This document shows, one piece after another, positions 1 to 13,559 of a DNA stretch of 64,000 nt; the first letter of the stretch is position 1; each line of letters begins with the position of its first letter. The stretch lies in assembly GCF_006345805.1 (NCBI RefSeq), contig NC_043020.1:28954001-29018000 (forward strand), in the 5' to 3' direction. The notes beneath the pieces were generated by a model. It saw nothing but the letters and a program-made list of their open reading frames with translations, was not told the origin of the DNA and searched no databases. Position numbers and translations under genes: made by a program. This DNA comes from Octopus sinensis. Lineage: Eukaryota.

Positions 1-439
1 TATTTTAGCGTAATTTATTTGCATCGGGTTATACTGAGCTGACAATTCCAAAAGGTCTTTATAATTTTATAGGAAAAAAGAAAAAAAAAAGAAATATTAA
101 ATATTCCGCGCTTCTTCATTTTTGATGTAAAATTCAAATTTGAAATCTCAGTTTAACTTAATCTAGACGGGATTGTCCCCCCTTACGATATATTATCTTT
201 TTCATTACGCCAAGGAATAAGGGAGGCTACTCATGATCTACTTAATTTTTTTCTTCTTCTTTATAATCCGAGTAGTTTTCATCAAGGGGACTCAAACTTT
301 AAGGTCTGCACTCTGAGTGGTATGCCACTAAAATTCCGTTTTGAATAGCAGTGATTTTGTGGCTGCCTTTCTAAAGCGACTAGAAGTGGATTCCCGTTTA
401 GCAAGTAGGTACAAAATAAAACAGAATTGAAAAGGCAAA

Positions 440-620
440 CGTTTTTATTCACCTGCCTGACACCCGTGGACATGTTTAAAAAGTCAGAAAACAGCACAGC
501 TCCTTCCATGACTTTCGGAAACATTTTTTCCTGCTAAGAGTTGCTGAAGCATGGAACAAACTGCCGGCATCAGTTGTTAGTTGTCGGAGCATCCTTCAAA
601 ACCTCCGTGGGTCCTGAATG
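440..620 (+). mobile_element. CR1/L2-type LINE 3' end relic
   Basis: Plus-strand translation TRGHV*KVRKQHSSFHDFRKHFFLLRVAEAWNKLPASVV matches the RGH..K...RK.FF..RV...WN.LP C-terminal motif of CR1-group ORF2. Confidence 0.6.
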
Positions 621-1475
621 TTTTCTGTACGTAGTTTTACGTATACGAGAGGTATAGTTAGTAGTAATCCACAGATAGCGATAGAATGATGTTGTAAGAA
701 TAAGAGCCAGAGAGAATTATAGGGTGTTGTCCACAGTAAACTTCATTTCTCCCTCTGGTCAAGATTGTAGCTGGTCAGCCAGACTACGTTCTCCCCGAGT
801 GGTGACTAACTCTGGTTGACTCTTCGTCACCGGCTGGTGAATAAAAACTGATTTTTGCTTGGGATATGCTTGCTTATATAAAGATCCAGAAGGATAGATA
901 TATCATTGAGAAGAATAGATTTAGTTGGTGGTCTTGTTATCTATTCTAGCTTTTGGTGAAGTAGAAGAGGTTAGAAAGAGTCAAGTGGTGAAGATATTAT
1001 TTTGGCCTAGCTAAAGGCATCTGGAAAATGTGAAAACTGCTGTCAGAGAAAACCCATTGTTTCACTAGGGGGAAAAGTTCTGTAGCAGTGTTGATTTAAA
1101 TTTGGCTATGTTGGATCTAATCCGCTTCTTGCATGCAAGATTCGCTACATATATAAATATTTATACAAGTTTTCCAAGAAAAGGGACAATTGATGTTGCA
1201 TTGCTGATATGCCCAGCCCGTTACAGTACAGGGAGCAAAAATATGGAAATAAAAATGGATACTGAAAAGGTGATAATATACATAAAAATCATGGTTTTGT
1301 TCACCAGATCGGAGGTGCATTATATTCTTGATGAAAACACTTCATTTCTCGTTGCTTCAGTCCACTCCGTTGCAAATGGGTCACCCAAAAACAGACTGGC
1401 GTTCCATTCAGTGGGGAATGTCAGCCTACCTGCCTAGGAATGCGAGGAAGTGTATTGTGATCAGTGGTGTATAAC

Positions 1476-1831
1476 ATCGTGGTGATCTCATTCTCGCCCA
1501 CAACATCATAAGCGGAAAGTGTAACCTCTCGAAAGAGCTGTTCTTCACTCCTGCTCCAGAGCGTCGGCTGCGGGGTCATTCCGAAAAGCTCTACCTGCGA
1601 TGATTTCATCTCAATCGAAGGAGAGGAGCTTTCTCCGTCCGGGTTGCGGATCCGTGGAACAAGCTGCCAGACGAGATGGTGAAGATGCCAACGACCGCTT
1701 TGTTCAAAGCCTCCCTGGACCTCAAGTGGCCTGAACTCTTTACATGAACACCACCCTGTACTTAACTCCATGTCCCCCTACATGGCCTTGCTATTTGCTT
1801 TTGAGCCAAATTAACTAACTAACTAACTAAC
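1476..1831 (+). mobile_element. CR1-type LINE, 5'-truncated 3' end with (TAAC)n tail
   Basis: Reads RGDLILAHNIISGKCNLSKELFFTPAPERRLRGHSEKLYL...GAFSVRVADPWNKLPDEMV, followed by a 3'UTR and a (taac)n tail. The listed ORF 1421-1771(-) is its antisense. Confidence 0.8.
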
Positions 1832-2689
1832 ATCCGATTGTCTGATTGGTACAGTGACAAAGACAATAATGATGGCTCTTATGATGGTGATGTTTGATAG
1901 AATGCCCTGTGGTACTGGTTCAAACTCTTTGCATTGTGAGTTCAAATAATGCCAAAGTCAACTTCGTCTTTCCTGGTTTAGTGATCAATAAAAACCTATG
2001 AAGAAAGGGCAGTATCTTAGCAGAGTTGTGAGACTGTTAGACTGGACGCCTTGAAATATTTGTTGCAGCAAGGGATTTCTGAGTTCTAATTCTGTCATGG
2101 CCTGCATAGACGATAAACGAACCAGGGGCCTGGCTTAACATCCTGTTTGCCTTTATTGGAGTGCTCTCTGTTGCAAACATTCCGGCCAGCTCTCCAGTTT
2201 GAAGATAGCTTCCAAACCAATGAGCTAGCGTTCACTGGGGCAAACCTTCAATGGCCAGGTGCCCTTCCTGTCACTAACCCTCACCTGTTTCCAAGCAAGG
2301 TAATATTTCTCTCGTGGCCAGACATGTTTTTGCAGAAGACTGGAAATGAATGACATACATTTACAATAGTCATACAATGTCAAGACAGATAAAAGGGGGT
2401 AAAAACATACAAACACACATTCATATGTACACACACACACACACATCAAGCATAGCTGTATGGTTAAGAATTTCATTTCCTAACCATGTGGTTGCAAATT
2501 CAGTCCTACTGTGTGGCACCTTGGGCAAAGTTATAATCAGCCATGAGCTGATCATAAATCTTGTGAATAAGATTTGGTAGATGGAAACTGAAAGAAGCCT
2601 GTTGTGCATATATATATATATATGTGTGTGTGTCCATGCATATCTGTCCTTGTCTTCACATCATGTGATAGCTGTAAACAAGTTATTTC

Positions 2690-2915
2690 TTTACTATACA
2701 GAAGGGGCTACAAACAGAGGGGACAAACAAGGACAGACAAAGGGATTTAGCTGATTACATCGACCCCAGTGCATAACTGGTACTTAATTTATCGACCCCG
2801 AAAGGATGAAAGGCAAAGTCGACCTCGGCGGAATTTGAACTCAGAATGTAACGGCAGCCGAAATACTGCTAAGCATTCCGTCCGGCATGCTAACGACTCT
2901 GCCAGCTCTCCGCCC
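2690..2915 (-). mobile_element. tRNA-derived SINE (Meta-domain-like family), monomer
   Basis: Head GGCGG.GAGCTGGCAGA.TCGTTAG, B box GAGTTCAAATTCC, core GCCTTTCATCCTTTCGGGGTCGAT and end AAGAAATA. Flanked by the near-identical repeat tagctgtaaac(a/t)ag (TSD). Confidence 0.8.
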
Positions 2916-3254
2916 TAGCTGTAAACTAGTGCCACCATCATACATACAGTGATTTTGGTTTTCAGTCTTCCAAGTGTGGACATGAGCAAGAGTTGCCTTG
3001 TCATATAAAAAGGTGAGGGTTGATGACAGGAAAGGCACCTGGCCATAAAAAAAGCTGCCTTAATGAATTCTGTCTGACTCATGCAATCAAGGAAAAGTGG
3101 ATGTTAAAACGATGGCAATGACGTATAGCATCCATAAAAGTGGTGCCATGCTAATCTGCAATGGTCATCTCAGAAACCGAAAGAGGCGGAAATACATACT
3201 TTGCAATGCACCACCATTGCAGGACGATTTTGGTCTGCTCCTGATATATTTCCG

Positions 3255-3605
3255 TGTGTTTTCACACGGAAAGCGCTCACAAGGCTTTAAGGACACACTG
3301 AAAGCCTTCAACATCGACCACGACACTTGGGAGCAGTCTGCTCTAGACAGAGAAGGGTGGCGATCAGCTGCCCACAAGGGTGCCAACACATGCGAGACCA
3401 ATAGGATCGCTGCTGCAGAAGACCACAGACAAGCCAGGAAGAACAGAGCTAACAACCCTGTAGCTGGCACTACCATTCCCTGTCTATACTGTCAAAGACT
3501 CTTTCAGGCGCATATTGGCTTCACTAGCCATCTGCAGACTCACAAAACAAGCCACCCCATCCCAGGATGACTAGATGGTCTTTGTTGCATCAACGGAAAA
3601 AACTA
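3255..3605 (+). mobile_element. RTE (BovB-like) LINE ORF2 C-terminus and 3' end
   Basis: GKRSQG.FKDTLKAFNIDHDTWEQSALDREGWR...IPCLYCQRLFQAHIGFTSHLQTH is typical of the RTE-BovB C-terminus with its C2H2-like motif. Confidence 0.8.
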
Positions 3606-4024
3606 CACACAGTAGGTCCATAAGAGATGCTGTCTTGAGATGAATACCACAGTTTAGCACTCTGTCAATGAGAGACTTGCTTTAACCGTTTTATCACCAT
3701 GTTCATTGTTTCTATTAATTATGAAAATAGTGAAGGTTTTAGTAAAATCACTTTGACGTTATTAAGCTGGTGTTAAGAGCGAAATTAACTTGGAAATATG
3801 TTGGAAGATTTTAATTTGTATCAGAGAAGGGGAGAATATTACATTTCTTGGGGAAGACAAGTGTTGGCAACAGGAAGGGCATCTGGCTAGAGAAAATCTG
3901 CCCCAACAAAATGCCCTATGACCCATGCAAGCATGGAAAGGTGGATGTTAAAAAGATGATTTGCAGGTCGAGACAACAGGCATCTGTGTGTGTGTGTGTG
4001 TGTACATATATACATGTGTGTGTA

Positions 4025-4230
4025 GAGGCACGTGGCTTAGTGGTTAGGGTGCCAGCACCATGATTGCAAGATTGTGGTTTCAATTCCTGGACCAGGTGAC
4101 GCGTTGTGCTCTTGAACAAAACACTTCATTTCACGTTGCTCCAGTCCACTCAACTGGCAAAAATGAGTAATGTCCAGCTGGGGAACACATGCCATAGAAA
4201 CCGAGCCCATAAGCCTAGTTAGGCTTTAAA
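4025..4230 (+). mobile_element. tRNA-derived SINE (V-domain-like family)
   Basis: A box (tggcttagtggttag), B-box-like (ggtttcaattcc) and core gtgctcttgaacaaaacacttcatttcac. Further copies at ~9050-9350(-), 17770-18025(-), 41050-41385(+), 48560-48810(-) and 55450-55780(+). Confidence 0.7.
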
Positions 4231-4257
4231 AAGGGCTCATTTATATATATATATATA

Positions 4258-4560
4258 TATCATCGTTTAACGTCCGTTTTCCATGCTACCATGGGTTGAC
4301 GGTTTGACCAGGGTCTGCACCAGGCTCCAATCTGATCTGGCAGTGTTTCTACAGCTGGATGCCCTTCCTAACGCCAACCACTCCGTGAGTGTAGTGGGTG
4401 CTTTTTACGTGCCACCGGTACAGGTGCCAGACGAGGCTGGCAATGACCACGATCGGTTGGTGCTTTTTACGTACCACTGGCACAAAAGCCAGTCAAGGCG
4501 GCGCTGGCATCGGCCACGTACAGATGGTGCTTTTTACGTGCCACTGGCACAGGTATCACA
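4258..4560 (-). mobile_element. RTE LINE 3'UTR fragment with ~60-bp internal repeats and (ATG)n tail
   Basis: Same sequence as the 3'UTR of the RTE copy at 37205-38332. Other truncated copies at ~18570-18850, 36480-36840, 44100-44265 and 52480-52870. Confidence 0.75.
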
Positions 4561-4861
4561 ACTACAATTTCCATGAGATTTTTTGATGTTGATGTACTTG
4601 ACTCAATAGGTCTCAAGCACAGTAGGTCACCCTACGATCCAAGGCCCTTTGTATGGGCTGGGGCCATGGACCTACAATTGAATAAATATGGAGGCATGCA
4701 GCACTGCATATGTATAGCTTTTTTCTTTTCTTTATCTCCAGAATGTTACATATGCAGCTAAATTGAAAGAACTGCATCAGTTTCTGTATCTTGGGCGGGT
4801 CTCTCACTCCTCCCACTTACTCTTCTTTCCTTCCACCATCTTGGTTTTTTTTTTCTTCATC

Positions 4862-5245
4862 TTATTTAGTTAGTTAGTTAGTTAATTTTTTGGCTCAAAA
4901 AGCAAAAAGCAAGGCCATGTAGGGGGACATGGAGTTATGTACATTATGTACAGGGTGGTATTCATGTAAAGAGTTCAGGCCACTTGTGGTCAAGGGAGAC
5001 TTTGAACCGAGCGGTCGTCGGCATCTTCACCATCTCATCCGGCAGCTTATTCCACGGATCTGCAACCTGGACAGAGAAAGCCCCTCTCCTTCAATTGAGA
5101 TGAAATCGCCACAGATAGAGTTTTTCGGAGTGACCCCGCAGCCGACGCTCTGGAGCAGGAGTGAACAGCTCTTTCGAGAGGTTACACTTTCCACTTATGA
5201 TGTTGCGAGCAAGAATCAGATCACCACGGCGTCGTTTTTCGCCTT
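4862..5245 (-). mobile_element. CR1-type LINE 3' end, second copy, inverted relative to 1476-1831
   Basis: ORF 5091-5282(-) reads EKRRRGDLILARNIISGKCNLSKELFTPAPERRLRGHSEKLYL, followed by the same 3'UTR and (TAAC)n tail. Confidence 0.8.
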
Positions 5246-6940
5246 GCTCAATATTCTGGTTCTTTCTACCGTTTCGATCCAATTCTCAGCTTCTTCCCTC
5301 CCCAATACATTCATCTCATACCAGTAATTTCGAACTCCACCACACCACTGCTCCTTGCCACTGTCCTAACTTCAATTTCTCATTTTTGCAGCCCAAGCAA
5401 CAGCACTTCACCTGGGTGGTAAAGAAAAGAGAAAAGCTTGAAATCCCCAACAGAGACCGTCACCAGTTTCTTTGGGCAACTGAAGAATTGGAAGTTTTAG
5501 TCAGAAAATTTCAAACAAAACAAAAAAATCAATATACGAGTCAAAACTTTTATTCAGAATTAGAAGATAAAGGGTCTGTTACTGGGTTCCAGTCTCAATG
5601 ATAGCAAACTAAGCTCACCTCCAACGGTAGAGAGAACAGTTCCTAGTAGCCAGAAAAGGGAATGTTTGTTAAAAAAATAAAAATAAATAGAATTATAAGT
5701 TTCCGCTTGGATTACAACCAGGTTTTATTTTTCACCAAAATATAATCTTTGATATTCACTCTAGCAACCTAAACATAAAGAAACTTTCATTTGAACAAGA
5801 ACTAGGCATCATTTAGTGGTTGCACTTTTTATCCCAGGACAAATCTCTTGCATTCACATCATGAGTTCACTACCGACCTATTCGTGAACGGAGAGGAGGA
5901 AAGAACATGAAGAAAAAACCCTTAGCTCTAAAATTAATCTGTTTGGAGGTGGGGAAACTAAATGAAACCTATTTAGTACTAATGCATCAGATGACAAGGG
6001 AGCAGTTAACTACAATCAATGATGAGGGACCAGCTAGAGCTGCAATCAATAGCGGGCGACAGTCGAACTCGTCCTGGAAAGAAAAAAAGAAAGAAAAAAA
6101 AATTGTACAAATAATTGGAAATATTTTAGAGGAAAACAAGAAACTAACATTAACTTAGCATTAATTAAACTACACTATGCATAATATAATCAACTAAAAC
6201 TGGGACTGAATAACTTCAATCTCGCTCTCTCTATATATATATCTAGTCAAAATCATAAGCTGCTAGAAGATGGTATTAAATTATTTTAAACAAGTTTTCA
6301 AATTGGTTTGCAATGAAAATTAATTGAAAATAAATTATTCTAATTGGTTAGATTCAAGTGATGTTAATTCCCAAAAAAATTTATTTCCTACTTTCTCTAC
6401 AGAAAATTCTTGGGAGCCACTAGATATGGACACAGAAGAGATAATTGTTATTTAAGAAGAAAAAACCCAGAAACAAACCTTTTTCTCAAAAATCTTTCTT
6501 CTGTGCACATAAACTACTGACAGAAAATAAGGAGAAATTAATTTTTCAACGGAGTAAATAATAATGATAAAAAAAAAAATCCTCTAGTTCAGAACAATTT
6601 TAGTAGAATTTGAATTTTACATTGTATAAGAGTTTGGAAGAGTTCGACAAGAATTATTAAATCTAGAAAGTGAGTGCCATTTGCTAGTAAAAAAATAAAA
6701 TTTCTCCGATTTAACATTAATTTAAAATTTAATACAAGTATATATAATTGAGTATGAAGATTATTTTAGTTCATTACAAGAAGAATATGACACCAGTCCA
6801 GTTCCAAATAGAATGTTCTTTTAAGCATACTGTCATGTAAGCCTCCAGACATATTCAGTATTTCATATCTAATATGGTCCCATTTTAAATTGATTTAAAA
6901 ATTCCTTGCAAACACATTGAACAGTTAGTAGTCAATTATA

Positions 6941-6973
<33 letters not shown>

Positions 6974-7635
6974 TAACAAAACTCCTTTATCAGTTTCATA
7001 TGAATTATAAAGAATTATGAAAATAAAGACTTTTATTATATATTTTCTGGAAACACAAGTTATCTGCAATCACTTTGTAAATAACTACCAACTAATATTA
7101 ATTATAATTAGTAAATATGTAATTGATTGATAAACATGAAAACAATTAAGGAAAAAAAAACAAAACAAAAGAAAATAAAGATTCCACAAAGAGCATTCAG
7201 TGGAAAAAAAAAACCCAACAAATAGAACAAAAATAAAAAGAAAGAACTAAAACAACATTTATATAGAAAAAGCAAAAAGGCTTCAAGAAATGTGAGAAAA
7301 TAGCAAAATTTAACTAAACTATTTTTTATTCTTCAGCAAATAACAATAAACGTATTTTAAATGTTTAAAAACAGAACTCTGGGGAAAATTTTGTTTGTTT
7401 CAATTCTCAAAGGTTAAATGAACAAAATATGAAAAATTAACGATTCAAGTTTAATTAGAACCTTTCGTTCTTCTCCTGCTGTGGAATCAATGATTTCAAG
7501 TGAAGCTGCAGAAGGGGACAGTTGAAATATATATATTGATAGTAGGGGGCTCTTAATGCAGAGGAGGGGGCCTTTCAAACACCTGATGCATGAAGAGAGA
7601 ACTACAGCAGTGGAGGGGTGTGTGTGTGTGTGTGT

Positions 7636-7680
<45 letters not shown>

Positions 7681-8210
7681 ATAAGCACTAACTCTAAATG
7701 CAACTAGGGAATAAAATGATGTCCCCAAGAATTAATGGCTGCATCAAAAGCTTCTCTGAAGACGGTAAAAAAAAAAAAAAAATTTTTTTTTTTTTTTTTT
7801 TGCATTTCAAGGAGTCTCTATGAAATATTAATTCCTTCCAGAGAAAAGGACGAGCCCCCTCCCCCCACCCCGCAATAGGAAATACTGATATCATTGTGAA
7901 GAAGAAGGGGAAGAGAGAGGTGGGGGTGAGGAAAAGAGGAGAGGAGAGAGAGAGAGAGAGTGTGTGTGTGTGTGGTAAGATAAAAGGCTCCCACTAGAGA
8001 AATACTGATACCATTCTAGAAACATGAGCCCTCACTAAAAAAAAGGGGCCCTTATTGATAAATTCCAGAGGCACAAAGCTACTCAACAATAGGAGAGGAA
8101 AGTTTGAAAAAAAAAAAAAAGACAGAAAATAAACATGAACAGAAAAACAAACAGAAATAAAATAAACCAGGTTTTTTTTTTTCTTTTTTTTTTGTTTCAA
8201 TTCATTTTTC

Positions 8211-8660
<450 letters not shown>

Positions 8661-8674
8661 TTATGAGCACAAAA

Positions 8675-8981
8675 TCTTTATATATAAAACTAAAGTTGTG
8701 TGTGTGTGTGTATCTGTCTACTCCGATTTAGATTCCTAACTACTCCCACATTTTGCGGTGCAGTTTAACCAAAAGCGGGTATCTTATAGTTGTGATTCAT
8801 ATCGAGCCCTTCTGGGTATTAGCGCGCGTCTACGATGAGTCTACGATTTTAAAAAGAATTTACCATCATTTTTCAGCATTTTTAATGATTTTTGCTCGGA
8901 TCATATAAGGGAAGTAACTCTAAAAATGCTTATATAGTTATTTCCCTTACAAACCCGAGCAACGCCGGGTGATACTGCTAG
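8675..8981 (+). mobile_element. Non-autonomous Helitron
   Basis: Starts TC(TTTATATATAAAA) after an A, ends with a GC hairpin cccgagcaacgccggg followed by ...CTAG, and is followed by T. These are the canonical A|TC...CTAG|T termini with no TSD. Confidence 0.85.
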
Positions 8982-9390
8982 TTAATGATAAAGATAAAAA
9001 AAAAAGGTGTATTATATGACTGGTATTTATTTTATAAACCTTGGATAAAGACCCCCTTCAGTCATGAATGACCAGGGGATGGCACCAAGAAAGTTCCCCT
9101 CTGAGGCACAAAGTCTGGGCAAAAGTGTTTGTGAAAGACTTGCAGTCGCCCATGCATACCGACCTCCCCTCTCCACGCCACCGATGTTGTCCAAGGGAAA
9201 GGCAAAAGGGGCCGATACAGCTTGGCACCAGTGACATCGCAACTCATTTCTACAGTTGGATGAACTGGAACAATGCGAAATAAAGTGTCTTGCTGAATCA
9301 AACACACAATCTCACAATTGTAAGCTCAATGCTCTAACCACTCAGCCATGCACCTTCACTATAAACCCCAACAAAGATGAAATAAAGTAT

Positions 9391-9770
9391 TACTCTTTTA
9401 CTTGTTTTAGTCATTTGACTGCGGCCATGCTGGAGCATCGCCTTTAATCAAGCAACTCGACCCCGGGACTTATTCTTTTTGTAAGCCCAGTAGTTATTCT
9501 ATCGGTCTCTTTTGCCGAACCGCTAAGTAATGGGGATATAAACACACCAGCATCGGTTGTCAAGCAATGCTAGGGGGACAAACACACACACGCATATATA
9601 TATATACATATATACGACGGGCTTCTTTCAGTTTCCGTCTACCAAATCCACTCACAAGGCTTTGGTCGGCCCGAAGCTATAGTAGAAGACACTTGCCCAA
9701 GGTGCCACGCAGTGGGACTGAACCCGGAACCATGTGGTTGGTAAGCAAGCTACTTACCACACCTGCACCT
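9391..9770 (-). mobile_element. tRNA-derived SINE (CORE-like family with LINE-derived tail)
   Basis: tRNA-like head, caccttgggcaagtgtctt core, TA/TG microsatellite and tail GGCGGTGCTCCAGCATGGCCGCAGTCAAATGACTGAAACAAGTAAAAGAG. Many copies, e.g. 10010-10380, 16095-16400, 27760-28075, 29830-30312, 56171-56572, 56720-57175 and 61375-61750. Confidence 0.85.
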
Positions 9771-10472
9771 ATTATGTATAAGTTGCACTATTTTGTACTT
9801 TAACTGGGGTGTGACACATACCTAGGGCAAAGCTAAAACTAAGAAATGTAGACAATGTGTATCAAATTAGGGAGCAAACACTAAATTAGGGATGTGACTA
9901 GAGCCCAAGCAAATATGGTAAATTACTTCCAGTAGGATTTTCATTGGAATGTAAAAGAAAAAAAAAAAAAAAAAAAAAAAAGGAACATTATGACATTTAT
10001 TTGCTGCCATTTAGCTTTTGCTAACCAACCACATGGTTCTGGGTTCAGTCCCACTGCATGGCACCTTGGGCAAGTGTCTTCTGCTATAGCCCAGGGCTGA
10101 CCAATGCCTTGTGAGTGGATTTGATAGACGGAAACTGAAAGAAGCCCGTCGTATATATGTATATATATATCTATGTTTGTGTGCTTGTGTTTGTCCCCCT
10201 AGCATTGCTTGACAACCGATGCTGGTGTGTTTACGTCCCCGTCACTTAGCGGTTCGGCAAAAAGAGACCGATAGAATAAGTACTGGGCTTACAAAGAATA
10301 AGTCCCAGAGTCGATTTGCTCGACTAAAGGCGGTGCTCCAGCATGGCCGCAGTCAAATGACTGAAACAAGTAAAAGAGTATAATGAAGTATGTCAGAATT
10401 CTGGTGTCAGGTGTAATAAAGTAATCATTCACACAAATGCTTAATTACAAAGGTATATACTTGAATCTCAGT

Positions 10473-10705
10473 AAGGCGTCGAGCTGGCAGAAACGTTAGC
10501 ACGCTGGGCAAAATGCTCTGTGGTATTTCGTCTGCCACTGCGTTCTGAGTTCAAATTCCGCCGAGGTCGACTTTACCTTTCATCCTTTCGGGGTCCATAA
10601 ATGAAGTACCAGTGACGCACTGGGGTCGATGTAATCAACTTAATCCGTTTGTCTGTACTCGTTTGTCCCCTCTATGTTTAGCCCCTTGTGAGTAGTAAAG
10701 AAATA
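10473..10705 (+). mobile_element. Meta-domain-like SINE monomer with ~21-bp TSD
   Basis: Flanked by ggtatatactt(g/a)aatctcagt at ~10452-10472 and ~10706-10726. Confidence 0.85.
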
Positions 10706-13559
10706 GGTATATACTTAAATCTCAGTTTAGGGGTGCCCACCCACACACCTACCAAATACGATATCACCATCAGGACATTGGAAACAAGCTTTCTTAGGGG
10801 GTTCCCTGATCAAAGTAACCCCCAGCCCCACCCTGTCTTGTTTTCTACTTACCACATCATTAGCCTTGACTAAGTTAAGGGCTTTCAATTCCAGGTTTGC
10901 TTTCCTGGCAAGAGTCCCCTCTCCAAAAAGGGACAAGGTCATCAGCATACAGGTGTTCCCTACGAGGGATGGACTGGGATGACTAGAATGAAGTGCACGG
11001 GGCTGAGAAAGGAATCATTATGGACCCCTATTTGCATCCCAGATATGCTGCTGAACTCATTACAGATTCTCACCAGGCTTAGAGTAGACACACTTGCCCA
11101 AGGTGTCATGCACCTGAAGCCCTGCAGTTGCAAAATGGGATTCTTAACCATACAGCCAGCCATACCTGTGACTAGGTAGGAATCAGGTTAGTGGTCCTCA
11201 GCAGGTTCTCATGTAGAAACTAGTTTTCTGGAAGTTTCTACTCTTCCCCCTTTTTGTTTTATGCCAAATTGTTCGTATCTATGACTGTCTGAAGGGTTTT
11301 TCACCTTCCATGTTTTCTCGCTCCAAATTTCCATATAAATCCAAGCCACTCTGGTTTCAGGTTCCGTCCCTGTATGTGGCACCTTGGATAAGCATCACAC
11401 TAAAGCCCTGTGAGTGGATATGGTAGACCGAAACTGAAAGAAGTTCCGTGTGTGTTTCTTTGTCTTGACTGGACGTGTAGTTGTTGTAAACGAATGTCAT
11501 TCCTTTCCAATATTCTGTGAAGACATGTCTACTCATCAGGAAATATTTACCTTGCTTGGAAACAGGTAAACGTTGAGAGTAGGAAGGTTACCTGGCGATA
11601 GAGAGCCTGCCTCGAACTTCACCTGGCCCATGGAAGCATGGAAAAGTGAAAATTAAAACAATGATGATGACAAGTCTAGCTCTTTGATTAGTTGTTAAAA
11701 ATTCCAAAATATGTTGAGTGAGAATAAAGTCTTGTAAGTTCACCTGACAGGTAGGTGATTAGGTGGTTGGCTGGTTTCTTGAAATTCAGACTCCAAATGG
11801 GTCATTTGCATTACAGAATTCCAAGAGCTTTGATCCTTTCTCAATTCTAGCACCATGTGCAAAAAGAAAAAAAATCATGATTCTGACCAACACATCCATT
11901 AAAATCCATTTAAATTGCCATGTATGGTGAATGAAGCCACTGCTATTTATCAATGTATTCTACATGAGGGCCATGTGGAAGTGGTCTCTGTTCATCTGCC
12001 GACCAGACTATGGTCTACATGCAGAGATAACTTGCTGTTGCCTTGTCTATGACAAGTCTATCCATCCATCTCCCACCATTCCTGGAATGGTCCTCAGGGA
12101 CCCCCTCCTCCATATGGGTCCAACTGTTAAGTAACCAGCATCAGGCTTTCCTGCAAGATTCCCAAGAATGACCAACAGAGACTCTGGACATTATCCAACT
12201 ACCTCACATTTGCTCTACCCCCCCCCCCCGATCTCTCCTGCTCTTTGGCTCAGTTTCAGGAATACATCTACCAATTCTTTCCTATGACATCCTAATCACG
12301 TCTATTGTACAGGAGCTAGAATCTCTCAATGTGGAAAAGTAGCAGCTCATCTTTGTCGTTGTTACAATTTCTTTCTCTTTTTTTAAATAATTTTGTTCCA
12401 ATTGTTTACAAATCTGGTGGACCAGTTTAGCTTTGTATACTAATTATGAAAATGAAATTCATTTTTGCCACAAATTAATAGCTTTTCGGTAATTTTAGCC
12501 AATCAAAAGGTACCAACATATTGGTGCCTGTTTCCGTAGTAACGTAAGCAAAGCTGTAGTCTGCTGCTGCCTGAGCCATCATCACTGCTACATTTGTGTT
12601 CTTTGAGCCTGTGTAAATTCTTTGATGACGAGTCAAACCCTAATCCTAATGTACGGTTTGTTTTGTTTTTTGGAGGATTTTTTTTCTCATGGCCACAAGG
12701 ATTCCGGTTGATTCTCAGTGTCAACGAGAATGCTGGAAATCCTAAGACACAAGTTTGCCATTACCTTCTGCTGGAGCCGCGTGGAGCTTAGGTATTTCGC
12801 TCATAAACACACACGTCGCCCGGTTTGAGATTCGAACCTGCGATCCCTCAACCACAAGTCCACTGCTCTAACCACTAGGCCATGTGCCTCCAACCATACT
12901 GTTGCATGATATTGAGAGATTGAATGTGATATTTACTATATATTACTATATATAAACTGCCACGGACAATACTGGTGACATAAAAAGTACCCACTACACT
13001 CTTGGAGTGGTTGACATTAGGAAGGGCATCCAGCCGTAGAAACCAAGCCAAAATCAGACAGGGGTCTGGTACAGCACTCCGGTTTACCAGTTCCAGTCAA
13101 GCTGTCTAACCCACACCAGTATGGAAAGCCGACACTAAAAGGCAATGGTGATTACTTAACAACAAGAAGGATTAAGACTCTGGCCATGATACGACTACCT
13201 TCAAAACTACGGTCAGTTATATCAACCCACCACTTGAATAGTAATCAGTTTATCAACAGCAAAAGTGGCCTGGCAGGATTTGAACCCCAAATGTAACCAA
13301 AATATCAAAAAGTTCTGTCCAACGCTCTCCTGACTCTGCAAGTCTTATCCAGCCAAATATCTTCTCTGACTACTTTTGTTTGGCAAGCTGTGATAATCTT
13401 TTGCTATTTATGGGAGCCAAAGAATCGCCAAATTGAACAAGTATATCTAAATTCACCCATGTTAAGAAAATATTAAAATTGTAATGTTTTTAAATATGAA
13501 AGAATATATTCTTATCGTCTTGTCAAAATTACATTAAATAAGGCCTCTCTCAAACATCC

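Noticed and set aside
9805-9822. 15-bp exact match gggtgtgacacatac shared with ~27206-27220
   Set aside because: About one such match is expected by chance in 64 kb, and there is no extended homology.
12490-12640. Minus-strand frame GLTRHQRIYTGSK… resembling a C2H2 zinc-finger linker
   Set aside because: No preceding CxxC, the second His is absent, the acceptor is poor and the flank looks like TE sequence. Likely chance.
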